This document shows positions 36,076-48,153 of a DNA stretch of 64,000 nucleotides, piece by piece. The translations under genes were made by a program, and so were the position numbers. The DNA is from Octopus sinensis (Eukaryota): the NCBI RefSeq assembly GCF_006345805.1, contig NC_043004.1, positions 5,890,001 through 5,954,000 on the forward strand, in the 5' to 3' direction. Every line of letters begins with the position of its first letter. The stretch's first letter is position 1. The notes below the pieces were generated by a model that did not search any database, was not told where the DNA came from, and saw only the letters and a list, made by a program, of their open reading frames with translations.

Positions 36076-36286
36076 ATATGTTTGTGTGTCTGTGTTTGTC
36101 CCCCCAACATCGCTTGACAACCGATGCTGGTGTGTTTACGTCACCGTAACTTAGCGGTTCGGCAAAAGAAGCCAATAGAATAAGTACTAGGCTTACAAAC
36201 AATAAGCTCTGGGGTCGATTTGCTCGACTAAAGGCGGTGCTCCAGCACGGTCGTAGTCAAATGAATGAAACAAGTAAAAGAGTAAA
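35779..36286 (+). mobile_element. SINE family A, full length
   Basis: A-box-like TGGCTGTGTGG, B-box-like GGTTCAGTCCC, CORE-like GGCACCTTGGGCAAGTGTCTT, internal (TA)(TG)n, and a GAAACAAGTAAAAGAGTAAA tail. Confidence 0.95.
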
Positions 36287-36464
36287 ACAGTAAGTAAACA
36301 CACGCACACACATGCATGTATGTATGCATGTCTGTTTGTACGTCTGTTTGTATGTCTGTCTGTCTGTATGTCTGTATGTCTGTATGTCTGTCTGTCTGTC
36401 TGTTTGTATGTATGTATGTATGTATGTATGCATATATGAATATGTGTATTCTTTCATTCTTCTA

Positions 36465-36670
36465 TTCTTTTACTTGTTTCAGACATTTGACTGCGACCAT
36501 GATGGAGCAGCGCCTTAAAGAGTGTTAGTCGAAAAAATCTCCTCCAGAACTTACGCTTTGTAAGCCTTTTTTTTTTTATTCTATCGGTCTCTTTTGCTGA
36601 ACCGATAGTTTACAGAGACATAAACACACCGGCAACGGTTATCGAGCGGTGGCAGAGAGACAAACACAAA
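36465..36670 (-). mobile_element. SINE family A, 3' segment
   Basis: TTGACTGCGACCATGATGGAGCAGCGCC...ATCGGTCTCTTTTGCTGAACCG. Confidence 0.8.
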
Positions 36671-37636
36671 CACACACAAGAATACACACACACATATGTA
36701 TGTATAATAAATTATATATATATATATATATACTTGCATATATATACTCACCAACGGCGCAAATAACATCAAATACGTAAATAAACAAGGGGAAAACGAG
36801 TGAATTACGTAAAGAACGAGAAAAAAATGGAAAACAGGACAAGTAAACACAGATAGTGGACCTTTCATCAGTTGTCTATCTGCTCCTCATTTTGAGCATT
36901 CAAAGACAATACGACAATACGAGTCTTCAAAGATAGTTGCTCCCATAAATTCTAAAATAAAGTTTAGGATTTATGGAGGGTGAAAGTTGAGAAAATAAAC
37001 ATAATAGTGAAAACGTACAAGGAAAGCGAACGAAAGCAAACATAGAGGGTATTAAGACCAGAACGAGAGGAAAATAGGGAACGATGGGAGAAACACTTTT
37101 ATTGAAAAAAGAAAAGATAGAAGAGAGAGAAAAAAACACGTCTGTTCATTTAAATGCAGGAAACGAAAATTGGTCACGTGAGGAAAAAAAAGATGGACGA
37201 TGGTCACGTGTGAGCAAAGAGCGATAGAGAGAGAGAGAGTGACAGGTCCCACGCAGTGGGGCTGAACCCGTAACCATGTGGTTGGGAAGCAAGCTTCTTA
37301 CCACACAGCTACGCCTGATATGTATGTGTGTGTATGTGTGTGTGTGTGTGTATGTATGTACATATATGTAGTCACTATGAGGATATTTAGACCTCTTATA
37401 GGCATACTTTTATCCAAAATACACTGATTTAATATACTGTATTTTCAAGAGATATTTATTTAATGAATATATTATATAAAATATCATAAGATATCAAATA
37501 TCATTATTAAGTTTGAAAACTTTATATATATATAGCTATATAGCGGCATACGTATACCCTTGTGCTCACCTTTTAGTAGATATGTATCTAAATTTTGTAC
37601 GACTCTTACTTTATCTTTTATTCCCCTCCATTTTTC

Positions 37637-37724
<88 letters not shown>

Positions 37725-38315
37725 TCTCACATTCCTTGGCCCTCTCTTTTTTTTCTAATCCTCCAATCCCTCTGTCCCCTACCCATCTCTCCTCCTTCCA
37801 CGTGACCGGTGTCCGGCCAGCCATGATCTTTCTTTCTTGGTCTGACTGCCGACCGTCAAAACGTCCTGTATCCATCTCCCATGATCCTGCATTTAGGCTT
37901 TTAGTTCATACACGCCAGCTCAATTCGAATCGTTCTCAATCGAAAGACGCCTGTTGTTATTCCTTGTTGTTGTATTCGTAATTGTGTACCATGTTCTCTT
38001 TTTTGTTTGTTTGTTTTGTTGTTTTTTTCGTCTTTGTTGCCGTACACATTCGCTAGCTTTCTTACAAAGGGGTCTAATGCTCTTAGCTTAGACTTTTTGG
38101 GGGACAACCAGAACGAATCATCTCAAGTGTAACTGTCTGAAATGGTCGTAACTTTTGGTACTTGATTGATGAAAAAAAGCCGAGGACGACACGTCTTGGT
38201 TTTTTTGGGGTTTTTTTTTTTGCATGTCCTTCTAATTGTTGTTTCTCTTGTTCCCCTTTGTGTCGTCTATCTTTCCGAACGTTTTAATGTCCTTTATTGC
38301 GTTTTTGTTCCATTC

Positions 38316-38382
<67 letters not shown>

Positions 38383-38383
<1 letters not shown>

Positions 38384-39672
38384 GAGGGGCGTTCAATAAG
38401 TAATGCCTCTGACCCACTTGCAGTTGTTTGATCTAGCTGAAATTTTGCATGTGCAATTACCTATATCTCTATAGATTAAGTGGCAAATTACACCTCTGAA
38501 CTAATTGTGGTTTCCGATTTACAGGTGTTTGAACTGAGTCAAGTGTGAAATGGAGCATGTTGAGTGTCGAGCAGTGATCCGGTTTTTGTATTTGAAAGGA
38601 CGCACACCACGGGAGACTTTTCATGAAATGAAAGTAACTTATGGTGATGATGCCTCATCATATGACCTTGTAAAACGCTGGCATCGTGAATTCAAACATG
38701 GTCGGAACTCATGTGGAAACAGCTCCCAGATCTGGTCGCCCCCTTCTGCCATTGATGAGGCATCTGTCTGTCAAGTTGAGGCTGCCATTTTGGAAGATCG
38801 ACGCATAATTATTCGCCAAATAGCCCATGAGGTCAAGATTAGTACCGGGTCTGTGGAAACTATCATTCATGACCATTTGCATATGCAAAAGGTGTCTGCC
38901 AGATGGATTCCCAGGTTGCTCACACCTTTCCAGAAGCAAGAACGCGTCGATTGCTCGTGGATGAATTTGGAGATGTGCCAAGAAGATGAGTCAAAATTTT
39001 TCAAAAGACTGATTGCATAGGATAAAACCTGGGTCCATCACTATGATCCAGAGACCAAAGCCCAGTCAATGCAGTGGAAGCACTGTGACTCACCTTCTCC
39101 AAAGAAGGCAAGGGTGCAGCCCTCCGCTGGCAAGGTCATGCTTACAGTCTTCTGGGACCAGGACGGAGTAGTGAAGACAGATTTCCTGGCAAAGGGTGCC
39201 ACAATTACAGGAGTCTATTATGCTTCACTTTTGAGGAAATTAAGAGAAGCTATCAAAATCAAGAGGCGGGGCAAGATCAGCAAAGGCATCCTCCTCCTGC
39301 AGGACAACGCTCCGATCCACAACTCGCGTGTCCGCCAGATCAGAAGCACAGGCGTGCGGCTATGAACTCATCCCCCATCCCCCCTACTCTCCTGACCTTG
39401 CACCCTCTGATTTTCACCTCTTCCAGCCATGAAGTTGTTTTTGAAAGGAAAGCGTTTCCCAGATGATGCAGCCTTGATTTCTGAGTCACATAGTGGTTGG
39501 AGGACCAAGCTGGGGTCTTCTACAAAAACGGTCTTCAGAGCTGCATCAAACGATGGAGAAATGCGTAACTCTGGGTGGTTCCTATGTAGAAAAGACTAAT
39601 AACTGTTCCAAGTTTCGTTGCTCTACTGCTATGGGAAGTGGGTCAGGGGCATTACTTATTGAACGCCTCTCG
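38383..39672 (+). mobile_element. Full-length (1290 bp) mariner transposon
   Basis: TIRs CGAGGGGCGTTCAATAAGTAATGCCTCTGACCC / GGGTCAGGGGCATTACTTATTGAACGCCTCTCG, with TA on both sides inside a (TA)n tract. Confidence 0.97.
38550..39599 (+). pseudogene. Mariner DD34D-type transposase, inactivated
   Basis: HTH N-terminus, WIPRLLT, DKTW, LQDNAP, HPPYSPDLAPSD. Stop at 39018-39020 and several frameshifts. Confidence 0.95.
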
Positions 39673-39721
39673 TATATATATATATATAATATATATATAT
39701 ATATATAATCCCCCCTCCCCC

Positions 39722-39880
39722 CAAAAAACGAAGAACAAACACAACAAGAAAGAACAACAATGCGAGCACGTGGTACATGCAAAGTATTAGCAGACGCTTA
39801 GGGAAGGAAAGCAAGGTAGTTTTACGTTTCGAGCAAAGCTCTTCGTCAGAAACAGGGGACAGAGGAAAGTCCAAGAGAAA
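39722..39880 (-). mobile_element. Penelope-like terminal-repeat fragment (same family as 58530-58720)
   Basis: Reverse complement aligns with 58560-58720 (CCGTCTTCC..., AGCGTC..ATAATACTT, CCACGT.C.TGC.TTGTTGTT). The PLE origin is inferred from the ribozyme-like core. Confidence 0.7.
39819..39853 (-). ncRNA. Minimal type I hammerhead ribozyme-like motif
   Basis: GUUU-CUGACGA-A-GAGC-UUU-GCUC-GAAA-CGU-A-AAAC: intact CUGANGA and GAAA boxes, 4-bp stem II, palindromic ACGU stem III, 4-bp stem I. Confidence 0.7.
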
Positions 39881-40108
39881 AGGAAGACGGAATAGATTCA
39901 GATTAGTTTATGCTATAGAAATTTATACTGAGTCAAGGAATCTCCAACTAACTAGGGCAGACCAAAATCCAAGTAGAAGAATGGGCACAGACGAAAGAAT
40001 TTTTCTACTGAACTTTTCGCTTAGTTTATAGGATTCTAGCAATTTTTCTTTAACATTTGTCTTATGCTAACTGGAAGAAAACAAATTTCAACATTATATA
40101 ATAGTAGA

Positions 40109-40325
40109 AGGCGGCGAGCTAGCAGAATCTTTAGCACGCCGGACATCACGCTTAGCGGCATTTCGTCCATTTCTGCATTCTGAATTCAAATCCCGCCGAG
40201 GTCGACTTTGTCTTTCATTCTTTCAAGGTCGATAAAATAAGTACCAGTTGAGCACTGGGGTCGATGTAACCGGCTTATTCACTCGCCCGAAATTGTTGGC
40301 CTTATACTAAAATCTGAAACCAACA
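40109..40325 (+). mobile_element. SINE family B, full length
   Basis: AGGCGGCGAGCTAGCAGAATC...GAATTCAAATCCCGCCGAGGTCGACTTTG...AAATCTGAAAC. Confidence 0.92.
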
Positions 40326-40877
40326 TTATACGAAAGTAGGGTTAAGAGCTCAAGGCACTATTGTTAATTTCTTAAAAATGAAATTTATGATCTGGTTTCG
40401 ATTATCGGTTAGATTAACTTCATTTACTCTTAAATGCATCAAGTAAATAATTTATAGTCTTACCATCCCCATCTTTGTCTTCCAGACAAATTAAGTCATT
40501 TGCTTGAAAAATTTATACAATATTTTTCTTTTTCATGGCGGATGAAAATATTGTAAGCATTCGTTTCCTCCCATCACACACATTAAAGGTCTCTAGCTCT
40601 CGCCATTGTCTCCGAATAGATGCAGAAATGTTTGTACTAAGTATGGTTATCATAAAAATTTCATTTTCCTTCCCTCTTTAAAAAGCAAATAATACATGAA
40701 ACGAAACAGAAACATCGAGAATATTATTGTACCTACTATCTCAACAACTCAAAGAATAACAGACTGTTTAACAAAGCAAATATTTTTTTAACAAGACAAA
40801 TCGATAGCTAGCGTTATTTACTTCATACCAAATTATGTGGATATATTTAAAATTTAACGTAATCAAATACCCTAGTA

Positions 40878-43763
40878 CAGGGGTGGGCAAACTACGGCCC
40901 GCGGGCCGCATGCGGCCCGCCGAGAGCTTTTATGAATCCCAACTTCTATGCAGATACTTCGTAACTGTTTCAGTTGTACGGTAATTCACAATAGTTTGCA
41001 TTTTATTTCAGTTCACTGTTTCGCGCCTTCACAAAATTGTCCGCTGTTTGTTTGTTTCAGCTACTGTGAAGCGATGAAAAATTTCGAGAAATATTCCCAT
41101 GACATCATAATAAAACACATTTCCGGGTGAAGATATCGTTTCTGTGTTTTCTCGTCAGACCCTACAAACTCAAAAATTAATAGAACAATGAAACAAGTAT
41201 TGTGGCAATACAACGAGTCAATCGATATGCTTGAAACATTCAAATAAATAAATCACGTGATAGATGGTGAAGAGGGCATGATGGACGATGCGTTTCGTTC
41301 CAATGAAGAAGCCGGCCAGGTTAATAAAAGGGCTTGAACCAGCTTTTTCTGGACACAGCTATGGTTGGTTATCATTCACTCTATCGATTACTTGAATTTA
41401 GTACAGACACGAGTGTTTCAAACTAGCTTTTGTTGTCTGATAAAATTTATCCAAAATGAGTTGTTCGAAGCTATCTAAAAAGCGAAAAATTGAAGAGGAA
41501 TGTCGTGTTTTTAATGAAAATTGGACTGAAAAGTATTTCTTTACCGACGTTGGAGTGAAAGCTGCATGTTTGATTTGTTCTGAAACAGTTGCTGTGTTCA
41601 AGGAATATAATTTGAAACGCCACTTTCAAACGAAGCACGCCAATTTTGGACACAATTTATCAAAACAAGAACTGCAAAAGAAAGCAAATGATCTGACAAA
41701 ACGTTTGAAGCAACAGCAAAATGTTTGATAAAACTTCCTCTTTACAAAGGAACGCGACAAAGGCAAGTTTTATATTGGCCAACAAAATTGCAAAGCAAAA
41801 CAAGTCATTCGCAGAAGCAGAATTTATCAAAGATTGTATGGTTGATGCTGTCAGCGTTGTGTGTCCTGAAGTTAAGTCAAAAGTAGAAGCCATTTTCCTG
41901 TCACGAAAAACTATTGTTCGTCGCATTGATGCAATTGCCGTGAATATTCATGAACAGCTGTTAACAGCCAGTGGTCGATTTCAGTGGTTTTCTATTGCTT
42001 TAGATGAGAGTACTGATATTCAGGATACTGCTCAGTTACTCATTTACATCAGAGGAATTGACGAAAACTTTGAAATTACAGAGGAATTGTTATCTATGGC
42101 GTCTCTCAAAGACACTACTACTGGAAAGATTGTTCAACAGTGTCATTAACAGTTCAATCAGGTCTGGATTAACCCTAACTAAACTGGCCAGCATTACAAC
42201 CGATGGAGCTCCTTCACTCACCGGTAAACATTCCGGCCTTGTAAAGTTGTTGAATGACAAAATCAAAGAAGATTTTCCACTACACAGTGTGTTGTCTTTT
42301 CACTGCATCATACATCAAGAAAGCCTTTGTAAGTCATCTTTAAAACTCAAATATGTCATCGAACCTGTGGTGCGTGCAGTGAATTTAATAAGATCACGGG
42401 GATTGAAACACAGGCAATTCCGAAGTTTCTTGGAGGATGTGGAGGCTGATTTTATTGATTTGCTGTACTACACAAATGTCCGCTGGTTAAGCATTGGAAA
42501 AGTTCTTAAGAGGGTATGGGACCTCAAAGCAGAGATTCTTATGTTTCTCAAAATGCAAGACATCTCCTGTGACTTTTTAAACGAAATGGAGAGTGACGAA
42601 TGGGTTTGTGATTTTGCATTTGCTATGGACATAATGCAGAAGCTGAATGAACTTAACACAAAACTGCGAGGCAAAGGTATATTTGCTCATGAATTGTACC
42701 TGGAAGTGAAAGCTTTTCAATGGAAGCTTGGACTTTTTGCCAAGCAGCTGAATGAGCAAACATTTATTCACTTCCCTCTGCTGAAAACACAGTCTGTTAC
42801 ACAAGAATCATCGGACAAGTACAGTTCCCAGTTGATGGGTTTACAAAAGGAATTCATTAGATTTGCTGATTTCAAGGCAGTTGAAGGCCTGTTCGATTTG
42901 CTTAACTCACCTCTTGCCTGTGACATTGAAACAACTACCGAGGAACTGCAGATAGAACTGATTCATTTGCAAGCCGACAATTCTTTAAAGATGATGTTTG
43001 AAAGTAAACCACTGGTCGAGTTTTATGCTTCTCTACATTCAAAAAAGTTTCAAAATCTAAAAACATTTGCAAGAAAGATGTTTGTGTTGTTTGCATCAAC
43101 TTACATATGTGAGCAGACTTTCTCTATCATGAAAATTAACAAAGGGAAGAATCGATCACTTCTCACAGACTCAAATCTTCAGTCAGTGTTAAGAATCAGC
43201 ACAAGCAACTTGACACCTAATTTTGACAAACTGGTAAATGACAGTAGTCAGCTGCATCATTCTCATTGACATTGTTATTTACAGAGCCGCTTTGTTTTTC
43301 AAATAAATGCTTCAGGTGACGTTTCTAATTTCAGATATCAATTCATATTAATAAACTGTTATTTCTCTTTAAAATCTTTTATTTTGGGTATCCTAGTATA
43401 ATATTCATCATGGTTGTCCATAATATTAAGAGGTGCTTGTCCACAATTAGTGCAGATTTTACTAGGAAAATTCCGTTCCTGGCAATTTGTAAGCAATAAC
43501 AGGCTGTCCAAAATAACCGAGGTTCCTGTAATAATTTCAACTATAGGAGCAAATAACCGAAAAACATGAACCCGATACTCTAAAAAATAAATTAAATCAC
43601 TTAAACCAGGAATATTTCACAAAATTTCCTTTCAATCAATTGTGTGTTTATAGGTCTATAACCGCCTTTAAAAATATTTTCACTTGATTTTTATAAATGA
43701 GGCCCGCCAAGGTTCCAAAGACGCACTGTGCGGCCCGCGATCAAAAAAGTTCGCCCACCCCTG
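40878..43763 (+). mobile_element. Full-length (2886 bp) hAT transposon, Charlie/Buster (GTF2IRD2-like) group
   Basis: TIRs CAGGGGTGGGCAAACT / AGTTCGCCCACCCCTG, GGCCCG subterminal repeats, and a perfect TSD CCCTAGTA (40870-40877, 43764-43771). Confidence 0.97.
41456..43269 (+). pseudogene. hAT transposase split by two frameshifts
   Basis: BED-type CLIC...LKRHFQTKH, ALDESTD, TTDGAP, CIIHQ, RWLS, CEQTFS. Three overlapping ORFs (41456-41728, 41721-42149, 42004-43269). Confidence 0.95.
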
Positions 43764-44224
43764 CCCTAGTACATATGTATAAGTGTATGAGGTTATGTAT
43801 GTCTGTTTATTTATTAATATACATAATCAGTCACACAATCCATTACATTTAACGAAGCAGCTTGGTTAGAGAAAGCAGAAATCAGCGTGGGCAACTCTTT
43901 AAGCTCCTTTTGACACGAAAAGCTGAATTAATACAAACGGCAGTCGATTTCATGTATGCTCTTCATTACTATCAATATCTGTTATTTTCTCACTAAAATT
44001 TGACATTATCTCTTATCTTAAAATCATTCATATGAGCTTATGGATTAAAGCAAAATTATGAAGAATAAGCTACAACACAGCGGGAGAGGTATTTCAGATA
44101 AAATCTTATATGCACATTTACATTTTTAATCAAATCCAAGCGTTTTGGTGAACTTGCGAAGGTTATCAACATAGCACCTTCCACCAGACCAAACCGCTGT
44201 AGCAAAATATTCAGCAATCACCAA

Positions 44225-44709
44225 TGTCACGAATCATTGGAACGTTATCCACATGATCAGCGAATCTGACCAATCGCAGCTTCGCCTGGAAAGAATATTA
44301 CCCTTTTGATCAATAAAATCTGGCCAATCACGACCTCATGTGGAATGGGCCCCAGTGACCAAATCAACTTTTGGTGCTTCCCTTACTGAGCCTCTCAATC
44401 GACATAAAGTGATAGACACGCGCGACACTACCCAGAGAGCTTTGGGATGTAGCAAAGACGAGCGGCAGACGACATGGCGAACAGACACAGGTAGCGGCTG
44501 AACCTAGTTAATATCAACATAATGGATTATCCACAGCAACAAAATTACTAGCAGTAACTTTACGAATACTATTTCAATTACACTAACTACAATAACATCC
44601 GAATTCTCTCAACAATAAATAAATTTTGTTCGTAAAGGCCTTATTTTCTTCTATGTACAGCTGTTGGCCTCCGACACTAGAGATAACTGCCAGCACCGAA
44701 CAGTAAACA
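44225..44709 (+). mobile_element. Probable solo LTR
   Basis: Begins TGTCACGA, has several CCAAT boxes, a CATAAAG TATA-like site and AATAAATAAA near 44615, and ends AAACA. No TSD found. Confidence 0.5.
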
Positions 44710-44822
44710 ATCAGCTCCCAACATTTGCATTGATCTACAGCTTCTAGCATTTAGCCAATCAGCTCAAGCACAAGTGATATCGACAGCCATCAGCCACACC
44801 GCAAAAGAAGAAAAAAAGTGAA

Positions 44823-45259
44823 GGATCTTTTCGCTTTGACCGGCAGATTTTTTAATAATTTCTGGCGGTGTGATGTGAAAATGTCACCCACAATTATGAC
44901 CCTAGTATCGATCTATTGCATTTCAATCTGTTTTAGGATTAGGGTTAGTTAGGGTTAGTAGGGTTAGTTAGTTTAGTTAGGGTTAGGGGTGGGGGGAAAG
45001 GTATCTTTTTTTCTTCAGAAATGTAAATAAACTCAATCTATTTCTTAAACGAGGGACATTTTCATACGACACCGCCAAAAAATTTTACAGCAGATAATGT
45101 TTTCACCTCAATAGACGTTATTGATTGGTTGAAATTGCCGAAATTGAAGAAAATATCTTACAAATATCTTACAAACTACAGAATTTTCTCAAGAAGTTTA
45201 AAAGTGTTTAGTTACATGGAGATTATTTTAAAAATCTGCCGGTCAAAGCGAAAAGATCT
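44823..45259. mobile_element. 437-bp GGATCT...AGATCT MITE (Merlin-like) with an internal TTAGGG-like tract
   Basis: TIRs GGATCTTTTCGCTTTGACCGGCAGATTTTT / AAAAATCTGCCGGTCAAAGCGAAAAGATCT; flanks AAAGTGAA / AAAGTGTA (7 of 8). Confidence 0.92.
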
Positions 45260-45299
45260 AAAGTGTATGGTAATACAAAAAGTACTTTTATATTTTTTT

Positions 45300-45665
45300 G
45301 TTGCAGCCACTGGACGGTGGTCATGTGAGGGAGCCACCCTCAAGGGTTTTAGTCGAACAAATCGGCCCCAGTACTTTATTTTAAAGTCTGGCACTTAATT
45401 TATTGGTGTCTTTTGCCGAACTGCTAGATAACGGGATGCAAACAAACCAACACCAATTGTCAAGTGGTTGTGGGGAACAAACAAACATAAATGCACACAT
45501 ATATGCGATAGGCTTCCATACAGTTTCCGTTTACCAAATCTACTTATAAAGCATTGGTTGGCCCGGGGTTATAGTTGAAGACATCCAAGATGCTGCGCAG
45601 TGGGACTGAACCCAAGATCATGTGGATGCACCGTGAACTTCCAAGGTATACAGCTATGCCTGAAC
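45300..45665 (-). mobile_element. SINE family A, diverged
   Basis: CTTTTGCCGAACTGCTAG...CAGTTTCCGTTTACCAAATC...GCAGTGGGACTGAACCC. Confidence 0.85.
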
Positions 45666-46147
45666 CTACACATGCATATTTAAATGTTTAAAAGCCAAAC
45701 TTCTCGGTAGACCTACGAAAATTATCGGCACAGTTTTTTTTCCGCCAGACCAAACCGGAAAGAGAAAACAACGGAAAGCAGGGTAATAAAAAAAAAATGA
45801 AAGACAATCTTAGTCATTTTCCTTTTTCAATTTCCTTATCTCATATTATCGCTTTCTTATATCTTTTCTCTTTATCACTTACTATCGCTCTCTGTCTCTG
45901 TTGTTATATAATCATCACAACAAACATGAACAATCAACGTTGCCCATTGTCTCCCTTGATACAAGGACATTCAGTAAGTTTCCCGCCACAACAAATACCT
46001 TGTACAACAACGACAGTCTAATAAAGTATCTCGTATCGTTAACACGTTTTTTCAGTCTCTCTCATTTTCTTAATCTTTCATACTAAGTACTCACTACTTC
46101 CTTTAATACTCAATACATTATATATATATAACAACAACATCTGTCTA

Positions 46148-46191
<44 letters not shown>

Positions 46192-46267
46192 ACTCACTCA
46201 CTCATTCACTCACTCACTCACTCACTCACTCACTCACTCACTCACTCACACACACACACACACACAC

Positions 46268-46304
<37 letters not shown>

Positions 46305-46349
46305 ACACAGCTTCCCACCTGCTTTTCTCATGGTTGAATTCCTACTATT

Positions 46350-46664
46350 GATTTCTTTATTACCCATAAAGGGCCAACATAGAGGGACCCAGTACAACAG
46401 GATTGGGGCCATGTGAAAACTATGGTATAAAACATTAAATGACGGTTAAAATTACAATAAAATCGGAAATCGAATGATACACATTCACAAAACAAAACAC
46501 GAAAAGGACACATGAAGTAGAAAAAAACAGGATTGCCACCCCACGAGCCCTGTTTTTCCACTGAAACCTTGGTAGATGGCTTATAGCGTGTTCATGCAGT
46601 GTCTTTCACGCCCAGCATCCGTGCAACACGCTTCCATCTTTTTCGAAACTCGCACTCTGACAGA
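46350..46664 (-). mobile_element. 315-bp 5'-truncated L1/Tx1-like 3' end with 16-bp TSD
   Basis: Minus strand reads LSECEFRKRWKRVARMLGVKDTA-stop, then a T-rich UTR ending AATAAAGAAATC. TTGAATTCCTACTATT occurs at 46334-46349 and 46665-46680. Confidence 0.85.
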
Positions 46665-46681
46665 TTGAATTCCTACTATTA

Positions 46682-47090
46682 TAGGCGCAGGAGTGGCTGT
46701 GTTGTAAGTAGTTTGCTTACCGACCATATGGTTCCGGGTTCATTCTCATTGCGTGGCACCTTGGGCAAGTGTCTTCTACTATAGCCTCCGGCCGACCAAA
46801 GCCTTGTGAGTGGATTTGGTAGACGGAAATTGAAGGAAGCCCGTCGTATATATGTATATTTGTATGTGTGTGTATATGTTTATGTGTCTGTGTTTCTGTC
46901 CCCCACCATCGCTTGACAACCGATGGTGGTGTGTTTACGTCCCCGTAACTTAGCGGTTCGGTAAAAAAGACCGACAGAATAAGTACTAGGCTTACAAAGA
47001 ATAAGTCCTGGAGTCGATTTGCTCGACTAAAGGCGGTGCTCCAGCATGGCCGCAGTCAAATGACTGAAACAAGTAAAAGAGTAAAGAGTA
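46682..47090 (+). mobile_element. SINE family A, full length
   Basis: AGGCGCAGGAGTGGCTGTG head through to the GAAACAAGTAAAAGAGTAAAGAGTA tail. Confidence 0.95.
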
Positions 47091-47983
47091 TTTCTAAACA
47101 TATCTGTACGCCTATTTTATATATTGGTTTTATTGATTCCTTTCCATGGTTTATTGGTATAAAATATATTAAACTTTATTAATCGAACATTATAAATGTA
47201 CTGGAACATCACCCATCATAAGACGTATAACTTTGGGAGTATACTTTAACCACTATGAGTAATAGGAAATATGATTACATATTTAAATTTTATCAAATTT
47301 GCCGCTCTCCTTTTCTTCTTTTTTATTTCCCGTGTCAATATCCGTTGCTTCCTTGCTTCATCACATTTCTTGTTTCATCAAATTTGTAACTTCATGAAAT
47401 AATTAAGGGAAAAAAATTGTATATATACGCTTGTCTGACGTTCGTTTCACTCAATGAATAGTCCAAGCGTTGTAAATATGATTTGCTTGCTCAGAGATGG
47501 TGTATAAGCTGTTTAGATTTTAAAAATCTCTTATAATAAAAGGCAGATTTTCTCTGCCTGTGACTATGTTTCTTTTTAATACAATTGTACAATATAGAAT
47601 TTCTTCAATTGGAATTTACCTATGATTTTTCGAAGTAGATTCGATTGGGTCATGGCATATACATTTTTTTCAATTTCACCCCCAATTAAGCAAAAATTCG
47701 AGAAAACTCAATATTTTACGATTTGCCTCTCTCATTTCAAATGCTTTACTCCTGCTATGACCACACTTTCTCCTACTTTCTCTTTGCAAGTGTATACCAC
47801 TATCATATCCTCTTTCTGCAACTCTTATTCAACATCACACATTCTGCTACTTTCTCTTATTAATGCTTAAACCAATTCTCAAAAAAAAAAAAAAGGAAAC
47901 AACTTTTGGTAGTATTCATTGGCGAGCGTACTTCAGTTGTCAATTGTTGAAAGAAAGAAATTGTAAGCTAAGAAGGTGTGTGT

Positions 47984-48023
<40 letters not shown>

Positions 48024-48153
48024 ATGTGTGTGTAGGAAGTGAAGGATAAAAATATGGCAAGAAGTGGACAGATGTACATATATACATACATACATCCATA
48101 CATACATACATGTGTGTGTGTGTGTATGTATGTGTATTAATGTGTGTGTGTTA

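Noticed and set aside
38550-39599. Host gene SETMAR
   Set aside because: There is no SET domain, and it is bounded by TIRs and TA, so it is a free mariner copy.
41456-43269. Host gene GTF2IRD2 or EPM2AIP1
   Set aside because: It lies within TIRs and a TSD and is frameshifted, so it is a transposon rather than a domesticated gene. No symbol assigned.
44939-44996. TTAGGG repeats as a true telomere or fusion site
   Set aside because: The tract is short, degenerate and enclosed by the TIRs of a MITE.
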